A DNA stretch of 64,000 bases from assembly GCA_963773245.1 (NCBI GenBank), contig CAVZAL010000012.1, positions 63,485-127,484 of the forward strand, read 5' to 3'. Under the pieces are notes generated by a model. The model did not search any database, was not told the DNA's origin, and saw only the letters and a list, made by a program, of their open reading frames with translations. Position 1 is the stretch's first letter. Each line of letters starts with the position of its first letter. This document shows positions 42,890 to 52,457 of this stretch, piece after piece. The position numbers were made by a program, and so were the translations under genes. This stretch comes from an uncultured Pseudomonadota bacterium (GTDB lineage Bacteria > Pseudomonadota > Alphaproteobacteria > Rhizobiales > Beijerinckiaceae).

Positions 42890-45141
42890 TGATCGACATC
42901 GCCCTTTCGCGCGACCCCGCTCGCGCGCGTCACGGCTCCAACGCCGGCCAGTCGATGACCCGTCTCGACGGGCCGCTGAAAGTGACGGGACGCGCCACTT
43001 ACGCGGCCGACCAGCGCCCGCAGGGCCTGCTCTACGCCGCGCTGGCGGTCTCCACGGTCTCGCGCGGACGGGTCGTCTCGCTCGACGTGGCGGCGGCGAA
43101 AGCCCAGCCAGGCGTCGTCGATGTGATGACGCCCGGGAACAAGCCGCAGATCTTCGTCGATCCCGACAAACACGATCAGCCCTTCAATTTCTGTTTCGAG
43201 GCGCTGCAAAACGATCGTGTGCGTTACGCCGGCCAGCCGATCGCGGTCGTGATCGCTGAGACGCTGGAGGCGGCGACGGAGGGCGCGGCGCGGCTCGAAC
43301 CCCGCTACGAAACGGCGCCGCCACGCACGCATCTCGACGCCAACGAAAGCTACGTCCCGCCCTATGTCGGCATCGGCCATCCCGCCGTCGTCGAGAAAGG
43401 CGACGTCGAGGCGGGGCTTTCGAGCGCGGCGCTGACGATCGACGCGACCTACGAGACGCCCGCTCAGTATCACAATGCCATGGAGCCGCACGCCATCGTC
43501 GCCGCCTTCGAGGACGACCGGCTCGTCGTCGACACCCCGACCCAGGGGCTCGTCATGACACGCGCGCGGATCGCCCAGATTTTCGGGCTCCCGCCGGCCA
43601 GGGTGATCGTGCGCAGCCCGTTCCTCGGCGGCGGCTTCGGCGGCAAGGGGCTGCTGAACGGTCCCATCGTGCTCGGCGTGATGGCGGCCAAGCTGACCGG
43701 CCGCCCCGTCAAGCTGGTGGCGACCCGCGCGCAGCTCTACGGTCCCTTCGGTCACCGCCCGCCGACGCGCCAGCGCCTCAGGCTCGGCGTCGACCGCGAG
43801 GGGCGGCTGACCGCGCTCGCCCATCACGCGAAGATCGCCACTTCGAGCTTCGACGATTTCTACGAGCCCTCCGCCGACGCCTCGCATACGCTCTATGCGA
43901 GCCCGGCGATCCGGACTTCCCACGAGGCGGTGAGGCTCGACACGGGAACGCCGCTGTTCATGCGCGCGCCCGGCGAGGCCTCGGGCTCGATCGCGCTGGA
44001 AAGCGCCATCGACGAGATGGCGGCGGCGGCGGGGATCGATCCGCTGCAGTTCCGGCTCATCAACTACGCCGAGACCGAGCCGATCTCGGGCAAGCCATTC
44101 TCCTCCAAGGCTTTGCGCGAATGTTTCGCCGAAGGCGCCAAGGCCTTCGGCTGGGAGGGGAGACCGCTTCAGCCGCGCCGGATGCGCGACAAGGACGGAC
44201 TGCTCGTCGGCTGGGGCGTCGGCGTCGCGACCTTCCCGGCGGTGATGTTCCAGGGGACCGCGCGCGCCGTCGTGAAGGCGGACGGAACGGGCGCGGTCGA
44301 GGCGACGGCGCACGACATGGGGCAGGGCGCCTTGACGGCGCTCGCCCAGATCGGCGCCGACGCGCTGGCGTTGCCGCTCGACCGGTTCGAGCTGCGCACC
44401 GGCACCTCCGAGTTTCCGGACTTCGGTCTCGCCGGCGGCTCCGGCCATACCGCGACGGCCGGGCTCGCCATTCACAACGCCGGCGCCGACGCCCTGGCCA
44501 GGCTCGCCGAGATCGCGACGCGCGACCCGCAATCGCCGCTTTTTGGGGCCGGCAACGCCGGCGTCGTCGCGCGCGACGGCCGGCTGCTGCGCCGGGACGA
44601 CGAGACGCGCGGCGAAGCCTACGCCGCGATCCTGGCGCGCGCCGGCCTTGCCGAGATCGTCGGGGAGGGTAGCGGCGCGGCCGATCCCGGGGCGCAGAAG
44701 CAATACGCCATGCACGCGCATGGCGCGGTCTTCGCCGAGGTGAAGGTCGATCCCGATCTCGGCATGGTGCGCGCGACCCGCCTCGTCGGCGCCTTCGCGG
44801 CCGGGCGGATCATCAATCCGCGGCTGGTGCAGAGCCAGTATTTCGGCGGCATGATCTGGGGAATCTCGTTCGCGCTGCACGAGGAGGCCGTCGTCGACCG
44901 GCGCACGGGGCGTATCGTCAACGCCAATTTCGGCGAATATTACGTGCCCACCAACGCCGACGTTCCCGCCATGCAGGCCATTCTCGTCGAAGAACGCGAC
45001 CCGTTCGTCAATGCGCTGGGGATAAAGGGGGTCGGCGAGATCGGCGTCACGGGAACGGCGGGCGCGATCGCCAACGCCGTCTGGCACGCGACGGGCGTGC
45101 GCGTTCGACGGTTCCCGATCAGGCCCGAGGCGCTGATGTAG
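42889..45141 (+). CDS. Xanthine dehydrogenase-family molybdopterin subunit (PaoC/YagR-like)
   Basis: RLDGPLKVTG.A.YA, HNAMEPHA, GGGFGGKG, MRAPGE, DMGQG, AGGS, GIKGVGEIG. Confidence 0.92.
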   Translation: MIDIALSRDPARARHGSNAGQSMTRLDGPLKVTGRATYAADQRPQGLLYAALAVSTVSRGRVVSLDVAAAKAQPGVVDVMTPGNKPQIFVDPDKHDQPFNFCFEALQNDRVRYAGQPIAVVIAETLEAATEGAARLEPRYETAPPRTHLDANESYVPPYVGIGHPAVVEKGDVEAGLSSAALTIDATYETPAQYHNAMEPHAIVAAFEDDRLVVDTPTQGLVMTRARIAQIFGLPPARVIVRSPFLGGGFGGKGLLNGPIVLGVMAAKLTGRPVKLVATRAQLYGPFGHRPPTRQRLRLGVDREGRLTALAHHAKIATSSFDDFYEPSADASHTLYASPAIRTSHEAVRLDTGTPLFMRAPGEASGSIALESAIDEMAAAAGIDPLQFRLINYAETEPISGKPFSSKALRECFAEGAKAFGWEGRPLQPRRMRDKDGLLVGWGVGVATFPAVMFQGTARAVVKADGTGAVEATAHDMGQGALTALAQIGADALALPLDRFELRTGTSEFPDFGLAGGSGHTATAGLAIHNAGADALARLAEIATRDPQSPLFGAGNAGVVARDGRLLRRDDETRGEAYAAILARAGLAEIVGEGSGAADPGAQKQYAMHAHGAVFAEVKVDPDLGMVRATRLVGAFAAGRIINPRLVQSQYFGGMIWGISFALHEEAVVDRRTGRIVNANFGEYYVPTNADVPAMQAILVEERDPFVNALGIKGVGEIGVTGTAGAIANAVWHATGVRVRRFPIRPEALM

Positions 45142-45373
45142 TCAGACCCTCACGCTCTGCAGGACCGCGAGGACCGACGGCAAAGTGGCGATGGGCAAAA
45201 GCAGCTCCAGCGTCGCAACCCCGTCGCCGTCTCGGCGTCAGCCGCGAAAACACGATGCGGACCACGCCGTTATGTACAGCCAGCGACTGCACGGCGTCGC
45301 AAAGGATCGCAGGGGCCTCTTTTGCGGCGGAGAATTCCGCTGTCCGCGTTTCTTTGTTCAAATTAGCTCCCAA
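45142..45373 (-). CDS. Small hypothetical protein (probable frameshift near 45235)
   Basis: APAILCDAVQSLAVHNGVVRIVFSRL continues in another frame as DGDGVATLELLLPIATL..SVRV, stop. Confidence 0.45.
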
Positions 45374-45508
45374 AAATCTTTATCCGCGTGCACTTCCATT
45401 TCGATGCGCGCTATCAGAGCCCAACATAGTGGCAAAAAGACTTGTCCGCAAATTTGACATTAGTTTTAGCGGCCGCCCGGGGAGCGCGGCGCCGCGCCTG
45501 CTATCCGC

Positions 45509-45766
45509 TCAATCGGCGCTCGGCAGCCTGCGCATCGTGAACTCGATGCGGCCATCCTCCAACTCGCGCCAGAACTCGATTTCCGTGAGATAGGCGGCCT
45601 TGGGATAGCGGTCGAACCATTCGCGCGCCTTGCTGCGCGCCTCGGCGCGCGGCAGCGTGAAACTTTCCCGCCGCCAGGCGTCGCCCGCCTGCGTCGGGCC
45701 GCGGGCCGCGCGGCGACGCGAGACGCGGTCGGCGAGATCCTGCGGACGCCTGTTCTCGAACGCCAT
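45509..45766 (-). CDS. Small conserved-type hypothetical protein
   Basis: WRRESFTLPR.EAR.KAREWFDRYPKAAYLTEIEFWREL.DG.IEFTMRRLPSAD, with GGAGG RBS before ATG 45766. Confidence 0.75.
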   Translation of the reverse strand: MAFENRRPQDLADRVSRRRAARGPTQAGDAWRRESFTLPRAEARSKAREWFDRYPKAAYLTEIEFWRELEDGRIEFTMRRLPSAD

Positions 45767-45853
45767 CTCAAGCCTCCAAGGGAGGAAGGTAGCGCAAGCG
45801 GCGGGCTGCGTGGAGTTGTTTGTTGGCCCGCGAAGCGTGCTAGAGGCTGGCCC

Positions 45854-46903
45854 ATGTCGAGTCTCACCACGCCCCGCGCGCTCATCGAAGCCGGCCTCGG
45901 GGGCCCCGACCGGGAAGCGGAATGGCGGGCGGTCGCCGAGCGTTACGCGATTTCGGCGCCCCCGGCGCTCGCCGCTCTCATCGACCCCGCCGATCCCGCC
46001 GATCCCATCGCCCGCCAGATCCTGCCGGACGGGCGCGAGCTGGTCCGGCGGCCCGAGGAGCGCGACGACCCCATAGGCGACGATCTCAAGAGCCCGACGC
46101 GAGGGCTCGTGCATCGTTATCCCGACCGCGTGCTGTTGAAACTCAATTCGGTCTGCGCGGTCTATTGCCGCTTCTGCTTTCGCCGCGAAAGCGTCGGCCC
46201 CGGCGCGGCCGGGCTCGATGCTTCCGCCTTCGCCGCGGCGCTCGACTATGTCAGGGCGAGGCCGGAGATTTGGGAGGTCGTGCTGACGGGCGGCGATCCG
46301 CTGACGCTATCGCCGCGCCGGGTGGCGGAGGCCACGCAGGCGCTTGCGGGCATCGGCCATGTCAAGGTGCTGCGCTGGCACACGCGCCTGCCCGTCGCGG
46401 CGCCGGAGCGGGTGACGGAGGCCCTCAGCCGGGCGCTGACGGAGGGCCATGACAAGACCGTCTATGTCGCTCTGCACGCCAACCATCCCCGCGAACTGAC
46501 GGCCGAGGCGCGCGCCGCCTGCCGGCGTCTGATCGCGGCGGGCGTGGCCATGGTGAGCCAGACCGTGTTGCTCAAGGGCGTCAACGACAATGTCGAGACG
46601 CTGGAGGCGCTGATGCGCGCCTTCGTCGAGATCCGCGTGAAGCCTTATTACCTGCACCACCCCGATCTCGCGCCGGGCACCTCGCATCTGCGGCCGACGA
46701 TCGCTGAGGGGCAGGCGCTGATGCGGGCGCTGCGCCAGCGCGTCTCCGGCCTCGCCCTGCCGGCCTACATGCTCGACATTCCCGGCGCGCGGGGAAAGAT
46801 CCCGATCGGGCCGAACTATCTGGAGGGCGGAGGACCGGATTACGTCGCCGTCGACCCGAAAGGCGGACGCGCGCCCTATTGCGATTTGGGCTCGGACGTC
46901 TGA
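45854..46903 (+). CDS. epmB: Lysine 2,3-aminomutase-like radical SAM protein (EF-P beta-lysylation)
   Basis: DPIARQ, HRYPDRVLL, CAVYCRFCFRR, LTGGDPL, HANHPRE, QTVLLKGVND, PYYLHHPD. Confidence 0.88.
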   Translation: MSSLTTPRALIEAGLGGPDREAEWRAVAERYAISAPPALAALIDPADPADPIARQILPDGRELVRRPEERDDPIGDDLKSPTRGLVHRYPDRVLLKLNSVCAVYCRFCFRRESVGPGAAGLDASAFAAALDYVRARPEIWEVVLTGGDPLTLSPRRVAEATQALAGIGHVKVLRWHTRLPVAAPERVTEALSRALTEGHDKTVYVALHANHPRELTAEARAACRRLIAAGVAMVSQTVLLKGVNDNVETLEALMRAFVEIRVKPYYLHHPDLAPGTSHLRPTIAEGQALMRALRQRVSGLALPAYMLDIPGARGKIPIGPNYLEGGGPDYVAVDPKGGRAPYCDLGSDV

Positions 46904-47313
46904 GCCGCGGCGACCGGATGCAGCGCCTTGTTCAGCGCGTCCTGCTCGGCCGCGCTCGGGGCGCCGAAAAAGGCCGGCGGCTCGTCCTTGCCGCCGAGCG
47001 CGCCCCAGGCGTGCACGCCCTCGGCGTCGAACAGCACCGCGAATTTGTGGCCCAGGCAATCCTCGGGCTTGCAGACATAGGAAAGCTTGTAGGGCTTGCC
47101 GTCGATGGTGATCGCCTTCATCTCGCCGGCCGCGCCCTCGAAATCGCGCTGGAAGCGCATGAGCCAGTCCGGCGTCGGCTGCACCGTCTTGACGAGCCGG
47201 TCCCAGGAGATGCGGAAGTGGGAGTTGCGCAGCGCGTCGAACAGGAACCCCGGCTCCTCGGCCTTGGCCGCGCCGCAGACGGCCAGGGCGGCGATGAGAA
47301 CGATCGTGCGCAT
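46876..47313 (-). CDS. ivy: Ivy-family (inhibitor of vertebrate lysozyme-like) periplasmic protein
   Basis: Signal peptide, W..L....P.W, CKPEDC loop, FFGAP. Confidence 0.75.
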   Translation of the reverse strand: MRTIVLIAALAVCGAAKAEEPGFLFDALRNSHFRISWDRLVKTVQPTPDWLMRFQRDFEGAAGEMKAITIDGKPYKLSYVCKPEDCLGHKFAVLFDAEGVHAWGALGGKDEPPAFFGAPSAAEQDALNKALHPVAAAQTSEPKSQ

Positions 47314-47327
47314 GGGGAATCCTCGGA

Positions 47328-47564
47328 TCAGAAAGCGCGGAAGGTGATGAGGGTGCGGGTGTCGGCGATGCCGGCGATCGAGTGCACCTTTTCCCCGACG
47401 AAGTGGCCGATGTCCACGTCGCGCTCGACATAGAACTTGGCGAGAATGTCGAACTCGCCGGCGATGGAGTAGATCTCCGAGGCGATCTCCGCCTCGGCCA
47501 GAGCATTGGCGACCTGATAGGTCTTGCCCAGTTCGCATTTGATCTGCACGAAGAATGTTTGCAT
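47328..47564 (-). CDS. Lrp/AsnC ligand-binding-domain protein
   Basis: FVQIKCELGKTY.VA..L..EIASEIYS..G.FD.LAKF..TRTLITF. Confidence 0.8.
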   Translation of the reverse strand: MQTFFVQIKCELGKTYQVANALAEAEIASEIYSIAGEFDILAKFYVERDVDIGHFVGEKVHSIAGIADTRTLITFRAF

Positions 47565-47572
47565 GGCGGCCC

Positions 47573-48469
47573 CTAGTTGGTCGCGCCTCTGGCCAGCACT
47601 TCCACGTCCCGGTCAATACCCGAAACGACGGTGAATGTCGCCTGATAGGTTCTGGCGTCGTGGCGGGCGACGACGACATATTCGCCTTCGGCGAGCACCA
47701 GGGAGGGAAACGCGCCGGCGAGTTCGCGCACGATGTCGCCGCCGGGCGTCAGCACGGTGAAGGTCGAATTGGCGAGCGCGCCGCCGCCGGGCGCGCTGAC
47801 GAGCTTGATCGTCAGCGTGGCGACGCGGTGACGCAGCGTCACGTCGACGATCTTGCCGGTGGCCACGTTCACGTCGCCGGAGGAGATCGAATTGGTGGGG
47901 ATGGCCGCGCCGGGCCCTTTGCTCTGGCCGAGCGTGCCGATGCTGATGGTGTCGAGATAGGTCGAGGAGATGTGGTAATTGCCCTCGGGCACGCCGATCA
48001 CCTCGTTCTCGCGCGCCTTGGCGTAGACGAGCTTGGCGGTGGCGTTATTGCGTTCGGGCACGTAGATGGCGAGCGAGACGTCGGCGGGATTGACCGGCTT
48101 GTCGCCATTGGCGGTGCAGTGGATGCGCAAGGCGCCCGCCGAAAGGGTGAGCTTCACGTCGAGCGCGTCCGAGCCGACCGAGACCAGTTTGGTGGCGCTG
48201 GCGAGGCCGAAGGCGACATGGATGACATAATCGCCGGAGGACATGGTGAGGCTTGGCTGCGCCAACGCCGATTCGACGATGACCCGATGCTGCCCGTCCG
48301 AATCAGGCGTCGCCTTGAACACCCGCCAGCGCAGGCCCGCCTTCAGCGGCGCGCCGGCGCCGAGCGCGGCCGACAGGTTCAGCGTGCCCTGGCCGCCCTC
48401 GTTCTCCTCGGCGGCCGCCGGGGCGGCGAGCGCCAGCCCCAAAGCCGCAATGAAAGTACGCCGATCCAT
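47573..48469 (-). CDS. Exported beta-rich hypothetical protein (Tat-like signal)
   Basis: MDRRTFIAALG signal, GL.WRVF, G.Y.IH..FG.A, LAEGEYVVVAR. Confidence 0.75.
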   Translation of the reverse strand: MDRRTFIAALGLALAAPAAAEENEGGQGTLNLSAALGAGAPLKAGLRWRVFKATPDSDGQHRVIVESALAQPSLTMSSGDYVIHVAFGLASATKLVSVGSDALDVKLTLSAGALRIHCTANGDKPVNPADVSLAIYVPERNNATAKLVYAKARENEVIGVPEGNYHISSTYLDTISIGTLGQSKGPGAAIPTNSISSGDVNVATGKIVDVTLRHRVATLTIKLVSAPGGGALANSTFTVLTPGGDIVRELAGAFPSLVLAEGEYVVVARHDARTYQATFTVVSGIDRDVEVLARGATN

Positions 48470-48586
48470 GATGCGCGGAGCGCCTCCTTGCGCGCTCCTG
48501 TAACGAGAGTTCGGGGCGAAGCAAGGGCCGGTTTACAGCGCCGCGAATTCCGTTCAGGGAGGGCGCGAACCTCCGGGAGCCCGCCT

Positions 48587-49150
48587 TTGACCGACGCCCT
48601 CGCGCTGCTTTCCCGCCGTCGCTCCGTGGGACCGGCCTTCCTGACCGGCCCCGCGCCCGACGCCGCCGAGATCGAGACCCTGCTGCGACTGGCCTCGCGC
48701 GTGCCCGATCATGGCAAACTGGCGCCGTGGCGATTTGTCGTTTTCGCAGGCGAGGGCCGCGAGCGGGCGGGACGAATTGCGCTCGAACTGAAGCTCGAAG
48801 ACAATCCCGCCCTCGACGAGGCGGGGCGGGCCGCCGAGATTCAGCGGTTCTCGCGCTCGCCGCTGGTGATCGCCGTCGTCTCGCGCGCCGCGCCGCACGT
48901 CAAGATCCCCGAATGGGAGCAGGTGTTGTCGGCCGGCGCCTCGGCGATGGCGCTCGAAGTCGCCGCCGCCGCGCTCGGCTTCGCCTCGACGTGGCTGACC
49001 GAGTGGTGCGCCTATGACGCGCGCTTTCGTGAACGCATCGGGCTGAAAACGCACGAGAAAATCGTCGGATTCATTCATATCGGTCGGGCCGGGCGCCCGC
49101 CCGAGGACCGCCCCCGGCCGGCGCTCGCCGATATCGTCGCCTATTTCTGA
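48587..49150 (+). CDS. Nitroreductase (YdjA-like)
   Basis: LSRRRSV, ASRVPDHGKLAPWRF, KIPEWEQVLSAGA, WLTEW. Confidence 0.9.
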   Translation: MTDALALLSRRRSVGPAFLTGPAPDAAEIETLLRLASRVPDHGKLAPWRFVVFAGEGRERAGRIALELKLEDNPALDEAGRAAEIQRFSRSPLVIAVVSRAAPHVKIPEWEQVLSAGASAMALEVAAAALGFASTWLTEWCAYDARFRERIGLKTHEKIVGFIHIGRAGRPPEDRPRPALADIVAYF

Positions 49151-49160
49151 GTGAGAGCCC

Positions 49161-49805
49161 ATGTTCTACGAGACACGCGCGCGCGACAAGGCGCTGCTGC
49201 CCCACGATCCGTTCAAGGCGATCATCGCCCCGCGACCGATCGGCTGGATCTCGACGCGCGCCAGGGACGGGCGCGTCAATCTGGCGCCTTATTCGTTCTT
49301 CAACGCCTTCGCGTCCTACGAGGCGCCGATCGTCGGCTTCTCCAGCGAGGGATACAAGGATTCGGCGGCCTTCGCCGAGGAGAGCGGCGAGTTCGTGTTC
49401 AATCTGGCCACCGAGGATCTCATGCGCCAGATGAGCGAAACCTCCGCGCCGCTGCCGCGAGGAACAAGCGAGTTCGAGCACGCGGGCCTCACGATGGCGC
49501 CCTGCCGCCTTGTGGCGGCTCCGCGCGTGGCGGAGGCGCACGCCAATCTCGAATGCAAACTCACCCAATTGATCCGCCTCAAGGACCACAGAGGCGCGGA
49601 TCTCGATAATTACCTTCTGCTCGGCGAAGTCGTCGCCTTTCATCTCGACGACGCGCTCATTCGCGAGGGCCGCTTCGATACCGCCCGAGCGCGACCGCTC
49701 GCGCGTTGCGGCTACCAGGATTACGCGGTGACGGATCGTCTCATATCGCTGTCGCGACCTTCGGGCGGCGGCGACGAACGGAATATGGCGAAAGGCGGGA
49801 CATGA
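49161..49805 (+). CDS. Flavin reductase family protein
   Basis: PRPIGWIST..G.VNLAPYSFFN, GEFVFNL, LARCGYQDY. Confidence 0.9.
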   Translation: MFYETRARDKALLPHDPFKAIIAPRPIGWISTRARDGRVNLAPYSFFNAFASYEAPIVGFSSEGYKDSAAFAEESGEFVFNLATEDLMRQMSETSAPLPRGTSEFEHAGLTMAPCRLVAAPRVAEAHANLECKLTQLIRLKDHRGADLDNYLLLGEVVAFHLDDALIREGRFDTARARPLARCGYQDYAVTDRLISLSRPSGGGDERNMAKGGT

Positions 49806-50323
49806 CGACCTACGACAGAACGACCATCTTCTTTCACTGGACGACGGCCGTACTGATCGCCGCGCTTTGGGCGATCGGTCAGACGGCCGATTCGTTTCCG
49901 CGCGGGGTCTTGCGGGACGCCGCCTGGTCGACGCATTTCACCTTGGGCGCGACTGTCGTCGCCCTCTGGCTCGTCCGCATCGTCTGGCGAATCACCTTGG
50001 GAAAGCGGCTGCCGGGGCTGGGGTCGCCGACGCTCGTCAAGCTCGCCAAGGCGGGCCATGGGGTGCTGTATCTGGGGATCGCCGTCGTCTGCGCGCTGGG
50101 CGTCGCCAATCTTTACGCGCACGGATCGAACGTCTGGGGCCTCATCCATTTCGCCAAGCTCGAGGACAAGACCGTGCGCGCCCTCATCGCCGAGGGCCAC
50201 GAACTGGCCGCCAACCTTCTCCTGGTGCTCTCGGCCGGACACGCGGCCGTCGCGCTGGTCCATCAATATGTCTGGCGCGACGGCGCGCTGACGCGGATGT
50301 GGCCCGGCGTCGCGCGCGGCTGA
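49802..50323 (+). CDS. Cytochrome b561
   Basis: FHWTTA, HFTLG, GHGVLY, HELAAN..HAAVALVHQY..RD..L.RM.P. Confidence 0.87.
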   Translation: MTTYDRTTIFFHWTTAVLIAALWAIGQTADSFPRGVLRDAAWSTHFTLGATVVALWLVRIVWRITLGKRLPGLGSPTLVKLAKAGHGVLYLGIAVVCALGVANLYAHGSNVWGLIHFAKLEDKTVRALIAEGHELAANLLLVLSAGHAAVALVHQYVWRDGALTRMWPGVARG

Positions 50324-50330
50324 TGCTGCG

Positions 50331-51359
50331 TCAATTCAGATTGTAGCGCACGCCGACGTTCAGGCTTTGCATGACGCCCTTCACGCCGCCGGTGATGTCG
50401 GTGGTGGTGAGGTGGTAGCCGAGATCGAGCGTTCCCGATTCGCTGATCTTGATGCCGACGCCGGCGGCGAGCTGGGCGGCGAAGGTGAATTTGGTCTGGT
50501 TGATCGTGCGGTACCAGTTCTGTGGCGCGATCATCATTTGCGGGCCCTTGCCCGCGGAGTTGACGAGCGGAACGTAAATCTTCTGGTTGCCCTGGTCCAC
50601 CTGGCCGCTGTCGACGACCCACGTAGCGGGCGCGCTGCCGAGGACCGCCGGGCCGTTGTAGACCGTTCCCGTATTCGAGTTGTAGTAGTTCATCGTGCCT
50701 GAGATGGTGTTGGCGTTGAGGCCGAAGCCGGCGCCGAGATAGGGGCTGAACAGGCCCCAATGGCCGAGATCGACATAGGCCATGGCCATGCCCATGTTGT
50801 TGTATTGCGTCATGTTCAGGTAGCCGTTGCAGGTGCTCCAGTCATAGGTGTAGCCGACCGGCACCGCCGTGCCCGTGGTGGCGATCGGCGTGGCGTAAGT
50901 ATAATTCGAGACGGCGGCGGCCTGGCCGGGGCAATAGACCTGGGTCTGCGCGCCGAATCCGGGCCCGTGGAAGAAGCTGTAATCCGCTTCGAGACGCAGC
51001 CAGTCGTTGACGCGATAGCCGAAGCCGAGTCCGAAGACGGGCGCGACGTTCGATTGGGCGTTGCCGCGCGTGACGTTGACGGGCGAATTGGCGTCGCCGA
51101 TCGGCGCGCCGTTGAATTTGATGGTGGGATCGAGCGCGAAGCTCTGCTGGACGGGGAACAGGCCCGCCGACGGCACCACGGCCGCCTGGTCGATCACGCC
51201 GTAGCCGACGTCGCCGCGGATATACCAGTTTGAGCCGAGCTCGGTCTGATCCATGGGCACGGACATCGGCGGGGGCGCGCTGTCGAATAGGTCGGCGGCG
51301 TAGAGCGGCGAGGTCGCAAGGCACACGCCCGCCAGCCCGGCGGCGACAAGAAGTCTCAT
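50331..51359 (-). CDS. Outer-membrane beta-barrel protein (Omp25/RopB-like with long loops)
   Basis: Signal plus AADL, WYIRGDVG, G.GFGYR.ND.LR.E, PYLGAGFG, LDLGY, C-terminal VGVRYNLN. Confidence 0.85.
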   Translation of the reverse strand: MRLLVAAGLAGVCLATSPLYAADLFDSAPPPMSVPMDQTELGSNWYIRGDVGYGVIDQAAVVPSAGLFPVQQSFALDPTIKFNGAPIGDANSPVNVTRGNAQSNVAPVFGLGFGYRVNDWLRLEADYSFFHGPGFGAQTQVYCPGQAAAVSNYTYATPIATTGTAVPVGYTYDWSTCNGYLNMTQYNNMGMAMAYVDLGHWGLFSPYLGAGFGLNANTISGTMNYYNSNTGTVYNGPAVLGSAPATWVVDSGQVDQGNQKIYVPLVNSAGKGPQMMIAPQNWYRTINQTKFTFAAQLAAGVGIKISESGTLDLGYHLTTTDITGGVKGVMQSLNVGVRYNLN

Positions 51360-51428
51360 CGGATATTCCCCGTCACTCGGTTCGACGCGACATGACGAAC
51401 CGGTAAACGAGACTATCGCCGGCAATAC

Positions 51429-51444
51429 TTAATTTGAGTTTAAC
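51429..51444 (+). promoter_or_regulatory. CtrA-binding site upstream of the OMP gene
   Basis: Exact TTAA-tttgagt-TTAAC. A second near-site GTAA-N7-TTAA lies at 51493-51507. Confidence 0.7.
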
Positions 51445-51503
51445 CCTAACGGAATTTTGCGAGATGCTGCGACTGGCGAGAGATCGTTAATAGTAACGCT
51501 TTG

Positions 51504-52457
51504 TTAAACATCCACGAAGCGGCAAGTCGCGAAAAAGGCGCGCAGCGACGCCGCAAAGCGGCGCCGAAGCGGCGTCGAAGCCGGCTTGCGCCGGGCCGGC
51601 GGGCGCGCTTTGGCCCGCCATTCCGGAAACGGCGCTGTCGCAAACCAATCGGCGTAGGCGCGCGAAAACCGCCCCTCGCCGCGCCAGGCCTCATAATGCC
51701 ATGGCTTCGGCTGATTGACGAAATGCAGCACGATGGGGGCGATCTCGTCCTCGAGCCCGGTCAGGAAGAAATCGCCCATGAAATTGTAGCGCGGGCTGAG
51801 CCGCGCGAAATCGCCCCGAATAAGCGAGTTGAGCGCGTCCTGCTCCATGAACGGGTAGCGCTCGGGCGTCTCGCGCAGCCGCAGGGCCGCCTCTTCGGCG
51901 AAGCCCGCCTTGCGCCAGGCCGCGCGGTCGATGGTCATCAGCCCGGCGTTGAAATAAGGCGTTTCGAGATCGAGGCCGAGCGCGCGGCGGTAGCCCTGGA
52001 ACTCGCGGGCGAGCGGGCCGCCTTTGTGATCCATCAGATAGATCATGTCGAAGGCGGCCGCGAGCGCATGGCCGCCGAGGTCGATCTGCGTCAGCCGCGA
52101 AAGGCCGGGCCGCACGATCAGCATGTCCGAATCGATGGAGACGTAACGCTCGTAGGTTTCGGGCAGCAGGCGGTCGAGGAACAGCCGGCGGAACACCGCG
52201 CGCGAGAACCGCCCCTTCGGCGCAAGCCCCGCATCGAGCGCGGCGAAATCGAGCGTCATCAGATTGACGCGCGCGCGCAGGCCGGGGTCGAGATCCCGGA
52301 AGCCGGGCTCGACGTCGGCCTCCTCGCAAATGATGAAAATGTCGAAGGCGTCCGCGTCGCCCTGATCGACGATCGAGGCGACGGTGCGGACGGCGGGGGC
52401 GAAGAAACTGCGATCCGGGGTGAAACAGAGCGCCGTGCGGACGCCTGCGCGGCTCAA
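51504..52457 (-). CDS. Glycosyltransferase family 8
   Basis: RLFLD.LLP, IDSDML (DxD), YFNAGLM, EQDALN, LHF...KPW. Confidence 0.9.
   Translation of the reverse strand: MSRAGVRTALCFTPDRSFFAPAVRTVASIVDQGDADAFDIFIICEEADVEPGFRDLDPGLRARVNLMTLDFAALDAGLAPKGRFSRAVFRRLFLDRLLPETYERYVSIDSDMLIVRPGLSRLTQIDLGGHALAAAFDMIYLMDHKGGPLAREFQGYRRALGLDLETPYFNAGLMTIDRAAWRKAGFAEEAALRLRETPERYPFMEQDALNSLIRGDFARLSPRYNFMGDFFLTGLEDEIAPIVLHFVNQPKPWHYEAWRGEGRFSRAYADWFATAPFPEWRAKARPPARRKPASTPLRRRFAASLRAFFATCRFVDV

Noticed and set aside
33942-45087. Very long antisense or extended ORFs (787 aa, 919 aa, 1093 aa)
   Set aside because: These are shadow frames of real genes in high-GC DNA, with no recognisable motifs outside the cytochrome c portion.
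41521-45141. 1206-aa FAD plus molybdopterin subunit fusion
   Set aside because: An indel near 42720 shifts the FAD subunit. Its conserved end (N.FKIEL.RR) is in another frame that stops at 42889, overlapping the next ATG.
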